Shown piece after piece: positions 49,961-60,601 of a DNA stretch of 64,000 nucleotides (position 1 is its first letter; the number at the start of each line of letters is the position of its first letter). Source of the DNA: an uncultured cyanobacterium (GTDB lineage Bacteria; Cyanobacteriota; Cyanobacteriia; Cyanobacteriales; Nostocaceae). The stretch lies in NCBI GenBank assembly GCA_963740315.1, contig CAVUDP010000002.1:3616001-3680000 (forward strand), in the 5' to 3' direction. Both the position numbers and the translations under genes were made by a program. The notes beneath the pieces were generated by a model. It saw only the letters and a program-made list of their open reading frames with translations. It made no database searches and had not been told where the DNA came from.

Positions 49961-51862
49961 GTGAAACTACACTGGTTAATACCTGGGACTTTTTTGACTG
50001 TCTCCCTGTTATCGTCGCCTGCGGATGCAGCTAAGCTAGAGTCTTGGAATTTTGACGCAAATCAAAATAGCCTTGAGTTTAATACTGATGCTGCTGTACA
50101 ACCGAAGGCGCAACTAATTTTCAATCCAACTCGCGTAGTAATTGATTTACCTGGAGTTGAATTTGGTCGTCCGCAACTTAAAAAATCTGTAGGTGGTGCT
50201 ATTAGTGCCGTCCGTATCGGTCAATTCGACCCCCAAACCACGCGCATGGTGGTAGAGTTAAGCCCCGGTTATACTTTAGACGCAAATCAAATCAAATTTG
50301 AAGGAGTAAGTCCCAGTCGTTGGAGAGTAAAATTACCTTCACCACAACTTGAGAATACAAATAACGAAAGAAGTATTTACAGCGTAGTACGAACCAGTAA
50401 TACAGCACCTAGTACTCCACCTCCTACAGGCAATCAAACGGTAATCAGAACTGCTCAAAATACTGCTCAAAATACTGCTCAAATTGAAAGAATACTTCCA
50501 ACGGGTGACGGCTTTTTTGTTCGTACAAATGGTGGTAAAGCATCTGGGGTACAAGTTAACCGCGATGGTGAAGAATTTATCAATGTAGATGTTTCTGGAG
50601 CTACACTATCATCGGGCTTACCGCGAGGCGAATTTTCGATGAATCGTTTTGGTGTAGTAGGAGTTGAATTTAAGCAATTAAACTCAACAACAACTCGTAT
50701 TCGGTTGCGGGTAAACAGAAATAGCCCCAATTGGCGAGCTAATATTAGCAGTTTTGGCGGCATAGTTTTGCTGCCTAACGCTAAAGTTACTCAATTGCCT
50801 ACAAATAGCAATCCCAACCCACCAGTAAATCGACCAATACCTTCTCCATCACCACCACCAAGCAGATCGGTTAATAAGTCTGTAGCTGAAATCAAATCCG
50901 TTGAATTGGATGATAATGGCAAGAAATTAGTTGTCAAAGCTAATAAATCATTATCTGGAAGTACCAGCAGTTGGGATAGAACTACTGCAATGTACAAAAT
51001 TCTGATTCCCAATGCTCGCTTAGCGTCTTCTATTAAAGGTCCAGATTTTAAACCTAATAGTTCTGTATTGCGGGTACGTATGCGACAGCAAGACGCAAAT
51101 ACAGTTGCTATTTACGTTTTGCCAGCATCTAATGTTAATTTCGGAAGACTTGATGTCCGAGGAGACAAATTATCTTTAGAATTGCAGCGTAATAGTGCAG
51201 TCAAACCGCCAGTTGTTTTACCTCCTATTCCACTACCGAATCCAGTTGCAGGTTCTAAACCAGTTCCCGTTCCCGTTCCTCCTAAGCCCAAGCCAAAACC
51301 AGCACCAAAACCGGCTCCTAGAGGTCAGGTAACAGTTATGATCGACCCCGGGCATGGTGGTAAAGACCCAGGTGCAATTGGTATTGGCGGACTGCGAGAA
51401 AAAGATGTAATCTTGCCTATCAGTCAAAAAGTCGCTGAAATTTTGCGGAAAAATGGAGTCAATGCAGTACTCACCCGTAACACCGACTATTTTGTCAGCT
51501 TAAAAGGACGAGTCGTAATGTCTGAAAGACGCGATGCCGATCTATTTGTCAGCATCCATGCCAATTCTTTAGGTTTAAGTCGTCCCGATATTAGCGGCTT
51601 AGAAGTTTATTACTATAGCAGTGGTAAACGTCTGGCTGATGCGGTGCGTCAAGGTATTACTCGAAAAGTGAAGGTTAAAGACCGAGGAATACGACGAGCT
51701 AGATTTTACGTACTCCGCAAAACTTCTATGCCAGCCATTCTGGTAGAAACTGGTTACGTAACTGGTAGAGAAGATGCTGCTAAGTTAAAACAAACTTCGT
51801 ACCGAAATCAAATGGCGGAAGGAATTGCTGATGGTATTTTACGGTACCTGAAACGTAGGTAA
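49961..51862 (+). CDS. amiC1: N-acetylmuramoyl-L-alanine amidase with AMIN domains
   Basis: Signal peptide, PTRVVIDL AMIN domain, IDPGHGGKDPGA, FVSIHAN, ILVETGY; first of a tandem pair before murI. Confidence 0.9.
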   Translation: MKLHWLIPGTFLTVSLLSSPADAAKLESWNFDANQNSLEFNTDAAVQPKAQLIFNPTRVVIDLPGVEFGRPQLKKSVGGAISAVRIGQFDPQTTRMVVELSPGYTLDANQIKFEGVSPSRWRVKLPSPQLENTNNERSIYSVVRTSNTAPSTPPPTGNQTVIRTAQNTAQNTAQIERILPTGDGFFVRTNGGKASGVQVNRDGEEFINVDVSGATLSSGLPRGEFSMNRFGVVGVEFKQLNSTTTRIRLRVNRNSPNWRANISSFGGIVLLPNAKVTQLPTNSNPNPPVNRPIPSPSPPPSRSVNKSVAEIKSVELDDNGKKLVVKANKSLSGSTSSWDRTTAMYKILIPNARLASSIKGPDFKPNSSVLRVRMRQQDANTVAIYVLPASNVNFGRLDVRGDKLSLELQRNSAVKPPVVLPPIPLPNPVAGSKPVPVPVPPKPKPKPAPKPAPRGQVTVMIDPGHGGKDPGAIGIGGLREKDVILPISQKVAEILRKNGVNAVLTRNTDYFVSLKGRVVMSERRDADLFVSIHANSLGLSRPDISGLEVYYYSSGKRLADAVRQGITRKVKVKDRGIRRARFYVLRKTSMPAILVETGYVTGREDAAKLKQTSYRNQMAEGIADGILRYLKRR

Positions 51863-51951
51863 AAATATATAAATCGACCATAAGTAATGGGTAAAGTTGG
51901 GTAAATTTACATATTATAAATTTGCCTATTTAATCAAAAAGAGCGGTTATT

Positions 51952-52000
51952 ATAGGGGAATTCTTGCTCTCAAGCGGGCAAGGATTCCCCTATTTTATTT
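51952..52000 (+). terminator. Intrinsic terminator after amiC1
   Basis: ATAGGGGAAT..CTTGC / GCAAG..ATTCCCCTAT hairpin followed by a T-rich tract. Confidence 0.7.
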
Positions 52001-52897
52001 ACCTGCCTCGACTAGTATTGAGACTGGCACCACAGAGAGTTGAATTTAATTAAACATTTCTTGCTGCGATAATTTTTTTATGGATAAAAAACTTAATTAA
52101 AGTGCTACCTTAAAACATTATCAAATTAGATATATGGTTATAATACGCTTTTAAATCTTATTTGTATCTATAATCTCATATTTTATGTTCAAGCTCAACG
52201 GATTCAAAAAAATCAAGCGATAGAACTGGTTTTTAACAAGCCTATCTTGCTGTTACAGGCAATAAGCAAAAGAAAAATCCAAAAATAAATCATATTTTTT
52301 CAGATAGCCATTACTCGAAATCTGTTTTATAGTTTTTTTCTATATCGCCCTAGTTAATTTCTAATGCATAGTATGATTTTTTGTAAATTGGGGAACATTT
52401 TCTTTAAAAACGTAAGCAAGAACCAGATATTTTATGAAATTATTCTAATATCAAAACTAGTTAACTGTTCTAAGATTAAAGTCAAGTCAAGCTAGAACTA
52501 CTTATCTTTAAATCTATTTATTACAATTCATCTATGGGAGCAATGCAGCGCCAGAAATAACTACATTTTTTACCAACACCCTCAAGAGATTTAAATTACA
52601 CGTCCAATAGAACTTATGAGTTGAATAAAATGTCACTGATTTAATTTTACAGCTAAGTTAAACTTTAATTAACTGGATCTTGGTATAATCAAATGCTAAA
52701 AAGCACATAATTATATTCTTGAGGCAGACAAATAAAAAGCTTCATCAAGACGGTTAATACAATTAACAATGTCTTTAATACCTGCGGCTTTGTCCGGAAT
52801 TGACAACGGCAATGCTTGATTTTATATCGAAGCATGAAGTACAAACACTTTTACAGATTAATAGTTATCAATAATATACCGATTAGGAGAAAACGCT

Positions 52898-54823
52898 GTG
52901 AAAATAAACTGGTTAGTATCTGGTACTACTGCTTTAACTGTACTAATGCTATCGTCGCCTGCTCACGGCGCAAAACTGTCTTCCTGGCGTTATAATGCCA
53001 ATCAAAACCAACTGGAATTTCAAACCGACGGTGCAGTTCAACCCCAAGCACAATTAATTTTTAATCCTACTCGTTTGGTAATTGATTTGCCCGGAACGAC
53101 ATTTGGGCGACCCCAGTTAACCGAACCGATAAGCGACGGAGCTATTCGTTCTCTTCGTGTCGGGCAATTTAACCCACAAACGGCTCGCATAGTTGTCGAA
53201 ATGAATCCCGGCTATACTCTTGACCCCGCTCAAGTAAAATTTATCGGTATAAGCCCCAGCAAGTGGACGGTGCAACTGCCGGACCCAAAAGCTGAAAAAA
53301 ATAATGATAAAGCTACTAGTCCTACTAGAAATATTTACAGTGTAATTAAAACAACACCTAACACTCCACCCCCGCAAACAATAGCTGCTAGCACTTCAAA
53401 TGCAGCAACAAAAGTTGAAGGTTTGCGAGTCACCGGAGACGGATTTTACCTGAGTACTAGTGGTGCTAAACCCAAAATTAAAGATTATAACCGTACTCGC
53501 GATCGCAAAGAAGTTAACATCGATATTTCAGATGCGGCTTTGTCGTCGGGAGTCCAACAAGAGATATCGGTTAACAAGCACGGTGTTAGCCGCATTCGAT
53601 TCAGCCAAATTGATGGTAAATCACCTGCTCTTCGCATGACTTTGCTCTTGGATAAGAACAGTCCCGATTGGCGAGCCTCTTCCAGTGGTAATAATGCTTT
53701 AATAGTTCTACCCAACCGTCTAGCTAGTAGTTTAAATAGAGGTAGTAGTTCTAGTAGTTCTAGTAGTTCTGATTCATCCGTTAGCAGTCAATCAAATTCT
53801 TTTCCCGTTCCACCAGTCTCAGCTGCAAGCAAAGAGGTAGCAACAATTGAATCTGTAGAACTAGCCCCTACAAGTAACCAATTACTAATTAGAGGAAATG
53901 GAAATCTATCTGCGATTGGTGGCTGGGATAGAAAATCTGGTTTGTACCGCATCACGATTAATAATGCAAAATTAGCATCTAAAGTTAAAGGTCCCAAATT
54001 TAACGCTAATAGCCCGGTTTTACGAGTACGTTTACAACAACTTGACGATAATAAAGTTGCTATCTATGTCCAGCCTGCATCTGGAGTGGAAATTGGCGAA
54101 CTCAATCAATTTAGCAACAAGCTTTTATCTTTAGAATTACAACGGGTTCGTCGAGTTACGCCTCCTGTTACATCTGGTAGCTTACCTCCCATATCTCAAC
54201 CGATTCCCAGACCTTCAAACCGTCGTCCAATTATGACTCTTCCGCCAAGTACATCGCGAATACCATCATCGCGAGTTCCGTCTGGTAGAATTTCAGTTAT
54301 TATTGACCCCGGACATGGTGGTAAAGATCCAGGAGCAATCGGTATCGGGGGACTACAAGAAAAAGATGTTATTTTACCTATTAGTATAAGAGTTGCACAA
54401 ATTTTGCAGCAAAACGGAGTGCAAGCTGTACTTACTCGTAATTCCGACTTCTTCGTCAGTCTTCAAGGAAGAGTTGACTTAGCCGAACAAAGAAATGCCG
54501 ATTTATTTGTCAGCATTCACGCTAATTCCGTTGGGTTGAGTCGTCCGGATGTTAGTGGTTTAGAAGTTTACTATTACAGCAGTGGTGCTAATCTCGCCCA
54601 GACTGTTCGTAGCAGCATATTAAGTTCCGTAAATGTTAGAGATAGAGGAGTGCGAAAAGCGAGATTTTACGTACTTAGAAAAAGTTCTATGCCCGCAATT
54701 CTTGTAGAAACGGGTTATGTTACGGGCAGGGAAGATGCAGCAAAATTAGCTTCTCCTCAATACCGAGAGCAAATGGCACAGGGTATTGCTAATGGTATTT
54801 TAAGTTACATTAAAAGAAGATGA
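52898..54823 (+). CDS. amiC2: N-acetylmuramoyl-L-alanine amidase with AMIN domains
   Basis: Paralog of the upstream gene with the same catalytic motifs. Confidence 0.9.
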   Translation: MKINWLVSGTTALTVLMLSSPAHGAKLSSWRYNANQNQLEFQTDGAVQPQAQLIFNPTRLVIDLPGTTFGRPQLTEPISDGAIRSLRVGQFNPQTARIVVEMNPGYTLDPAQVKFIGISPSKWTVQLPDPKAEKNNDKATSPTRNIYSVIKTTPNTPPPQTIAASTSNAATKVEGLRVTGDGFYLSTSGAKPKIKDYNRTRDRKEVNIDISDAALSSGVQQEISVNKHGVSRIRFSQIDGKSPALRMTLLLDKNSPDWRASSSGNNALIVLPNRLASSLNRGSSSSSSSSSDSSVSSQSNSFPVPPVSAASKEVATIESVELAPTSNQLLIRGNGNLSAIGGWDRKSGLYRITINNAKLASKVKGPKFNANSPVLRVRLQQLDDNKVAIYVQPASGVEIGELNQFSNKLLSLELQRVRRVTPPVTSGSLPPISQPIPRPSNRRPIMTLPPSTSRIPSSRVPSGRISVIIDPGHGGKDPGAIGIGGLQEKDVILPISIRVAQILQQNGVQAVLTRNSDFFVSLQGRVDLAEQRNADLFVSIHANSVGLSRPDVSGLEVYYYSSGANLAQTVRSSILSSVNVRDRGVRKARFYVLRKSSMPAILVETGYVTGREDAAKLASPQYREQMAQGIANGILSYIKRR

Positions 54824-55199
54824 ATTTTAGTTTTAAGCTTAAAGAAACAGCTAATTGATTTATCAAAATTAAATAATAGCAATAGCTTTCTCATCGTATA
54901 TTTACTTGGAGATGGCTATTTTTTCGTAAATTTGTAGAAAGTAAAAAAATTCTGATTCTTAATTTTCTCAAATTTAATCGGCATACCAGTACGATAAATG
55001 TATTTTTTTAACTTTTAAAATGTCTTATGTACTTAATGGTATCAGGGCGTACCTACGTTTAAGCAAAAAATATAGTAAAAATTTCAGAAGCGAGATTAGG
55101 ATGTAAAATTCTCTTTCATATCGGATTTAGCAGTTTAAACGTTGAAGCTTTTTCTAAATCCACCGTCCAAAATTCAAATTATATTATCAAAATTTGCCT

Positions 55200-56090
55200 G
55201 TGTTTTCATCTTCTATCTTTGAAGGCAATCTTTACCTATCATCTCAAGAACCCCAACGTGCCCCTATAGGCATCTTTGATAGTGGTGTGGGTGGTTTAAC
55301 GGTACTGCGCCAACTTTACGAACAACTTCCCAACGAATCAATCATTTACTTTGGCGATACAGCTAGATTACCTTACGGCATTCGTTCCCAAGCTGAAATT
55401 ATTCAGTTTACCCGTGAAATTATTTTCTGGATGGAAAATCAAGGGGTAAAAATGGTAATTATGGCTTGCAGCACCAGTTCTGCTTTAGCATTAGAAACTG
55501 TACGTTCCGAATTTAAAGTACCTATACTTGGACTTATTCTACCAGGCGCGGTTAGTGCAGTAAAAGCCGGAAAGCGTATCGGCGTAATTGCTACCCCAGC
55601 AACAGCCAAAAGCAACGCCTACAAACTTGCTATCCAAGAAATTAACAGCAATGCCAAAGTCTGGCAAGTTGGGTGTCCCGAGTTTGTTCCTCTTATCGAA
55701 CAAAACCGCACCGACGATCCATACACCAAAGAAGTAGCACGTTCTTACCTCGAACCTTTATTAAAACAAGAAATTGATACTTTAGTCTACGGCTGTACTC
55801 ATTATCCTCACCTGGCAACATTATTGCGATCGCTGGTTGGTGAATCGGTAGTTTTAGTAGACCCAGGAAAAAGTGTTGTTGAAGCTTGTGCCCAAGAGTT
55901 GGATTTACTAAATTTAAAAAATACTCACCCACCGTTACCAACTCGGTTTGCCGTGAGCGGAAGTCCGCAACAATTTGAAATGTCTTCAGTACAATGGCTG
56001 GGCTGTACTCCAAAAGTTGAATTGGTAAACTTGGAGCATCTAAATTTTAACCATTTGAAGCTCGATCGTGGTGGCATAATTAGCTATTAA
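55200..56090 (+). CDS. murI: Glutamate racemase
   Basis: IGIFDSGVGGLTV, DTARLPYG, ACSTSS, GCTHYP. Confidence 0.96.
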   Translation: MFSSSIFEGNLYLSSQEPQRAPIGIFDSGVGGLTVLRQLYEQLPNESIIYFGDTARLPYGIRSQAEIIQFTREIIFWMENQGVKMVIMACSTSSALALETVRSEFKVPILGLILPGAVSAVKAGKRIGVIATPATAKSNAYKLAIQEINSNAKVWQVGCPEFVPLIEQNRTDDPYTKEVARSYLEPLLKQEIDTLVYGCTHYPHLATLLRSLVGESVVLVDPGKSVVEACAQELDLLNLKNTHPPLPTRFAVSGSPQQFEMSSVQWLGCTPKVELVNLEHLNFNHLKLDRGGIISY

Positions 56091-56230
56091 ATACAAACCT
56101 AACCGCACTACTCCCCTTCCCTATGAAGGAATGAGGAAAATTAAGCCTCTTTCCGCTTGGGTTAAGTTTTGTATACAGTTGATTTTCATTTCCAAAAAGG
56201 TTTAATAGAGGCAATAATTAAATGCAATAC

Positions 56231-56270
56231 AATACAGCACACCATATATATGATGTGCTGTATTGCAAAA
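56231..56270. terminator. Hairpin between convergent murI and the small ORF
   Basis: AATACAGCACA...TGTGCTGTATT followed by GCAAAAAA (T-run on the minus strand). Confidence 0.6.
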
Positions 56271-56342
56271 AACATTCCGATCTGTTCTATAGTCTTAAAT
56301 ATCACTTTCACAAACCCTTAAAGGGCGCGGCGCAGGCTTTAC

Positions 56343-56504
56343 TCACTCAGCGATGTTTATAGACATCTCAGAAGAATAATCTCCTTCACCATACCGTTGA
56401 ACTGCTGTTACCGCAGTTTTTTTAATTGTTCTTTTTGCTAGCGCTAATAGCACGTATACGGCGAACAAATAACCAGAAGCTAAAATAAATACCATCATAA
56501 GCAT
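56343..56504 (-). CDS. Small single-TM peptide (53 aa)
   Basis: MLMMVFILASGYLFAVYVLLALA followed by basic KRTIKK; GGGAAG upstream; downstream terminator. Confidence 0.55.
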   Translation of the reverse strand: MLMMVFILASGYLFAVYVLLALAKRTIKKTAVTAVQRYGEGDYSSEMSINIAE

Positions 56505-57608
56505 ACTTCCCCGGACAAGTTTTATCTTCAATCACATTCAAATTTGTATAGCGAAGAATAAATCGCATACAAATGTCAAAATATAAGCTACATAGCTTTT
56601 TGCTACAGCTTTTTCGTAATCCAAAAATTACGGCAGAGTATTAATACTCTGCAACGTATCTATACGTAATTAGTTTTTACAGACTATGCCAATAACAATA
56701 AACAAATTGCTACCATGCAATCTACCTAGCCTGCGTTCCAACTGCGTTATGCAGTGCTTCCTTCTATACAGAAGCTAAACCTTGGGTACCCTAAAATGGT
56801 TCCTCAAGATATGCCAATATATTCCTTTTGGACAGCACGTAGCTATGATTAGGGAAACTTATTCGTTCGTGAACTACGAACATAAATAATTCCCTTGGTT
56901 TCACCTACGACTTATTTCAACCCACTTGCGTCAGTAAAGCATAAACGCGAATAAAAGCGACTTACTTTTTCTGAGTGAATATTCTAAGTATTTGAAATCC
57001 CTATATATAAGAATAACATAGGAATTCTTACTTTTGAGGTATTTTGTTGTTTAATCTCAAATTTCTAAGATATTATTATTGATTTACTTATTCTCCCCGT
57101 ACCTCGATAGTGTAAGGCGGTGATATATAAAGAATCAGCACAGTTTTAGCTCTGTTCTCAAAGATACCTGGAGCTATATAGTAAAATATTAAATTTTTGT
57201 TAATAAGAGCTATTATCTGTAATATTCATCAAAATCTAAATATTTTCATCGTATGAAATGAATAGTATATGCTCGTAACTACACTTAGTTATAGCTAGTA
57301 TAATTTTTTATTTATTTTTCTCAGTAAATATTCTCGAGAGTTCCCGATTGTAGATTAATAAATATGAAGCGAACTATGTAACAAAGTATTAAGCGATCGA
57401 AATTCCTGTTGGAGCAAAATATACATCTGGCGGGCATTCGATATGAATTTAATTTTGAATTAAAGATATATAGTTACATATCAAGCGGACGATCGGCTTT
57501 ATATGAATCAGAACATTTATAGAATGCTTTGAGAAAAGGCACGGGCTTATCTTAGAATGGGTATAGGATATGTAAACTTTCGTAACTAAAGTCAGAGTCC
57601 GCCCATTC

Positions 57609-58580
57609 ATGACCTCAGCCACCTCCTTGTTTTCCCCTGTGGAAGCAGACCTGCATATATTGGCAGATAACCTCAAACAGTTAGTTGGAAATGACCACCC
57701 CATCCTCAGTCTAGCCGCAGAACATCTCTTCGGAGCTGGGGGAAAGCGTATTAGACCTGCAATAGTCTTACTTGTATCGCGAGCAACATTATTGCAGTCG
57801 GATATTACACCCCGTCATCGACGATTAGCTGAAATTACAGAAATGATTCACACTGCTTCTTTAGTGCATGATGATGTAGTGGATGAATCAGAAAAAAGAC
57901 GCGGCGTTGATACAGTTCATAGTTTATTCGGCAATCGAATAGCAATATTAGCCGGAGATTTTTTGTTTGCTCAAGCTTCTTGGTATTTAGCCAATTTAGA
58001 TAATTTGGATGTAGTGAAATTGCTTTCACAGGTAATTATGGACTTGGCTACTGGGGAGATTCAGCAAGCAGTGAATCGTTTTGATGTTGATATTTCGATG
58101 GATACTTATCTGCAAAAAACTTACTATAAAACCGCTACATTGTTTGCTAACAGTTCTAAAGCTGCTGGAATACTCAGCGAAGTTTCTGAGGAGACAGCCG
58201 AAAATTTGTATGAATATGGGCGTAATTTGGGATTAGCCTTCCAAATAGTTGATGATATTTTTGATTTCACCAGTTCTACAGATAAATTAGGTAAACCTGC
58301 TGGTTCGGATCTTAAAAGTGGGAATCTGACAGCGCCAGTTTTATATGCTTTAGAAGAAAAACCAAATCTTGAAGCTTTAATTGAAAGAGAATTTACACAG
58401 GCTGGAGATTTAGAGCAAGCACTTGCACTAATAGAAGATAGTAAAGGAATTCAACGTTCCCGCGATTTAGCCGCAAATCATGCAAAACTGGCAGTAGAGC
58501 ATATGGGACAATTACCATCTTCTCCAACTCGCCAAGCTTTGATTGATATGGCTGATTATGTGCTGAGTCGTCTTAATTAA
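57609..58580 (+). CDS. sds: Solanesyl diphosphate synthase
   Basis: GGKRIRP, LVHDDVVD, FQIVDDIFD, GKPAGSDL. Confidence 0.92.
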   Translation: MTSATSLFSPVEADLHILADNLKQLVGNDHPILSLAAEHLFGAGGKRIRPAIVLLVSRATLLQSDITPRHRRLAEITEMIHTASLVHDDVVDESEKRRGVDTVHSLFGNRIAILAGDFLFAQASWYLANLDNLDVVKLLSQVIMDLATGEIQQAVNRFDVDISMDTYLQKTYYKTATLFANSSKAAGILSEVSEETAENLYEYGRNLGLAFQIVDDIFDFTSSTDKLGKPAGSDLKSGNLTAPVLYALEEKPNLEALIEREFTQAGDLEQALALIEDSKGIQRSRDLAANHAKLAVEHMGQLPSSPTRQALIDMADYVLSRLN

Positions 58581-58721
58581 AAGTTTGCGGCACGATCGAA
58601 AAATAGTTATCAGTTATTGATTTGTAATAAATCCTTAACTTATAACTTCTACCTAAAAGCATATTTTTGCAATATAAATAGGTATATGTTTTAACTCTAT
58701 AGCGCGTAACCTCTAAATTAT

Positions 58722-59195
58722 TTAAGCGATATCCGGAGGAATATTAGGGCTGGAACGATTTTGTTGTAACGTCCGTTCAATAATACTTTGTAAGAGCTTT
58801 CGCTCAATTTCAACTGCGTTAACTGTAGTGCCAGGAGTTTCAAAAAAAATTATACTATCTACGGGTTCTAGCGCTACCATCTGGAACAAAATTTCAATAA
58901 CTCCGATTGGTGCAGCTATCATTTGAGGGTCAAACCCAACACCAGAGGTAGTACTGACATCTTGTAACGTGGGGTAAGCGATTATTACCTGTTTTTCTAA
59001 TTGCGGATTAGTACGATTGCTCAATGTTGTTAGAACCCAGTCATGCTCGGAGTTTTGGAGTATGTAGTATTGGGGGAAACGTAATTTTTGAGCAATTTGA
59101 GTAAGTGCCGGAGCAATTGCCGCAACCAGTTGAGGTGTAATACCATCTTGGGGTGCATTGTTAATCAAAGATTGAATTTGTACTTGTAAATCCAT
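58722..59195 (-). CDS. Hypothetical protein divergent from hetZ
   Basis: 157-aa ORF ending IPPDIA. Confidence 0.75.
   Translation of the reverse strand: MDLQVQIQSLINNAPQDGITPQLVAAIAPALTQIAQKLRFPQYYILQNSEHDWVLTTLSNRTNPQLEKQVIIAYPTLQDVSTTSGVGFDPQMIAAPIGVIEILFQMVALEPVDSIIFFETPGTTVNAVEIERKLLQSIIERTLQQNRSSPNIPPDIA
58921..58941 (+). promoter_or_regulatory. Putative HetR binding site upstream of hetZ
   Basis: ATTTGAGGGTCAAACCCAACA contains GGG-N5-CCC and matches my recollection of the Anabaena PCC 7120 hetZ HetR site. Confidence 0.65.
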
Positions 59196-59410
59196 AATTA
59201 AGAGTTAATAGTTCGTGGGCATTAGCTATAACTTCTATGAAAAGCGAAAAAACTTCCCTTGATTTGGGAATAATATATTCAGTCCAATTAATGGCGGTAG
59301 GATAATCGGTGCTTATGATTGCGTTTCAAGGCAATCAACAACCAACCGATATCCCCACAAAACATAGGTTGCACACGTTTGTATGTTAAGGTCTTTTAAA
59401 CAGCTAGACT

Positions 59411-60601
59411 ATGAAATCAGCCGCGACCACAACTATTCAGGGAGAAAAGTCTATCGGCGTGGAGGCGATATTTCAACTCCTATTTGGAGAACTTAAATCC
59501 TCAACCAAAGCTTCGGAGTCTAATTGCCATGAAGTGGCAACACGAATCGCTGCCGAAGTCCTCCGGATTTGCCATGAGAGCAAACGTATCCAAGCTTCTG
59601 GGGACATCAAAGGTTCGGCGATCGCCTTAGCCCGACACCGGCTATCTCAGTGTATGAGATACTACCAATTTGGTTCAAATCGAGGCAGGATAGAGCTACA
59701 CAGCACTCTCAGCGCAATTATTTATCGTTACATTAATCCGCCAAATAAACAACTGAGTTATCAAGGGCGGTTAGGTGTAATTGAGGATTTTCTGCAAAAT
59801 TTTTATTTGGAAGCATTAAACGCTTGCCGAAGAGAAAATAAGCTTGAACCAACTTATCGTCCCCAAACTCTTCTGGAATTAGCAGAGTACATGGCGTTTA
59901 CAGAACGCTATGCTAAAAGACGCATTCCTTTACCAGGACGACAGCAGCAGCTGATTATCCTGCGGGCACAAACTTTTTCTCAACAGCAACCTCCAGAAAC
60001 TTGCGTTGATATAGAAAGAGCCGCAGAAGGTAGCAGCAACGATGGTGATGGTTCTTGGCAAGATCCAGCCGTACAGCAGTTAAGATCGGCAATGGCATCT
60101 CAAAGTGAACCGGAACCAACAGAGGAAACGTTGCGTTCTGTAGTCATTAACGAGTTAATAAGTTATCTTGAGGAACGCCAACAAGGAGACTGCGCCGATT
60201 ACTTTGCCCTACGCCTAAAAGATTTATCGGCTCAAGAAATTGAGTCAATTTTAGGTTTAACTCCCCGTCAAAGAGATTACTTGCAGCAACGTTTCAAATA
60301 TCATCTGATTCGATTCGCCTTGCTGCACCGCTGGGAATTGGTTCATGAATGGTTAGAAGCCGACTTGCACACCAATTTAGGTTTGACGGAATACCAATGG
60401 CAAGTTTATATAGAACAACTTGACGACAAACAACGTTGTTTATTAGAACTAAAACAACTTGGTCAAGCTGATGTTTATATTGCCAAAACTTTAGGGCTAT
60501 CTATGGCGCAACTGCAAAAAAGGTGGTTCAAAATTCTCGAACAAGCTTGGGAAATTCGTAACTCTTTTATGTCCGGATCAAGTGCATCTACTCATGAATA
60601 G
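59411..60601 (+). CDS. hetZ: Heterocyst differentiation protein HetZ
   Basis: GRIELHSTLSAIIYRYI, LAEYMAFTERYAKRRI, GLTPRQRDYLQQRFKYH HTH; synteny with sds and patU. Confidence 0.9.
   Translation: MKSAATTTIQGEKSIGVEAIFQLLFGELKSSTKASESNCHEVATRIAAEVLRICHESKRIQASGDIKGSAIALARHRLSQCMRYYQFGSNRGRIELHSTLSAIIYRYINPPNKQLSYQGRLGVIEDFLQNFYLEALNACRRENKLEPTYRPQTLLELAEYMAFTERYAKRRIPLPGRQQQLIILRAQTFSQQQPPETCVDIERAAEGSSNDGDGSWQDPAVQQLRSAMASQSEPEPTEETLRSVVINELISYLEERQQGDCADYFALRLKDLSAQEIESILGLTPRQRDYLQQRFKYHLIRFALLHRWELVHEWLEADLHTNLGLTEYQWQVYIEQLDDKQRCLLELKQLGQADVYIAKTLGLSMAQLQKRWFKILEQAWEIRNSFMSGSSASTHE

Noticed and set aside
52793..52798. DIF1 (TCCGGA) heterocyst promoter for amiC2
   Set aside because: No convincing -10 element at the expected spacing, and the hexamer occurs elsewhere in the window
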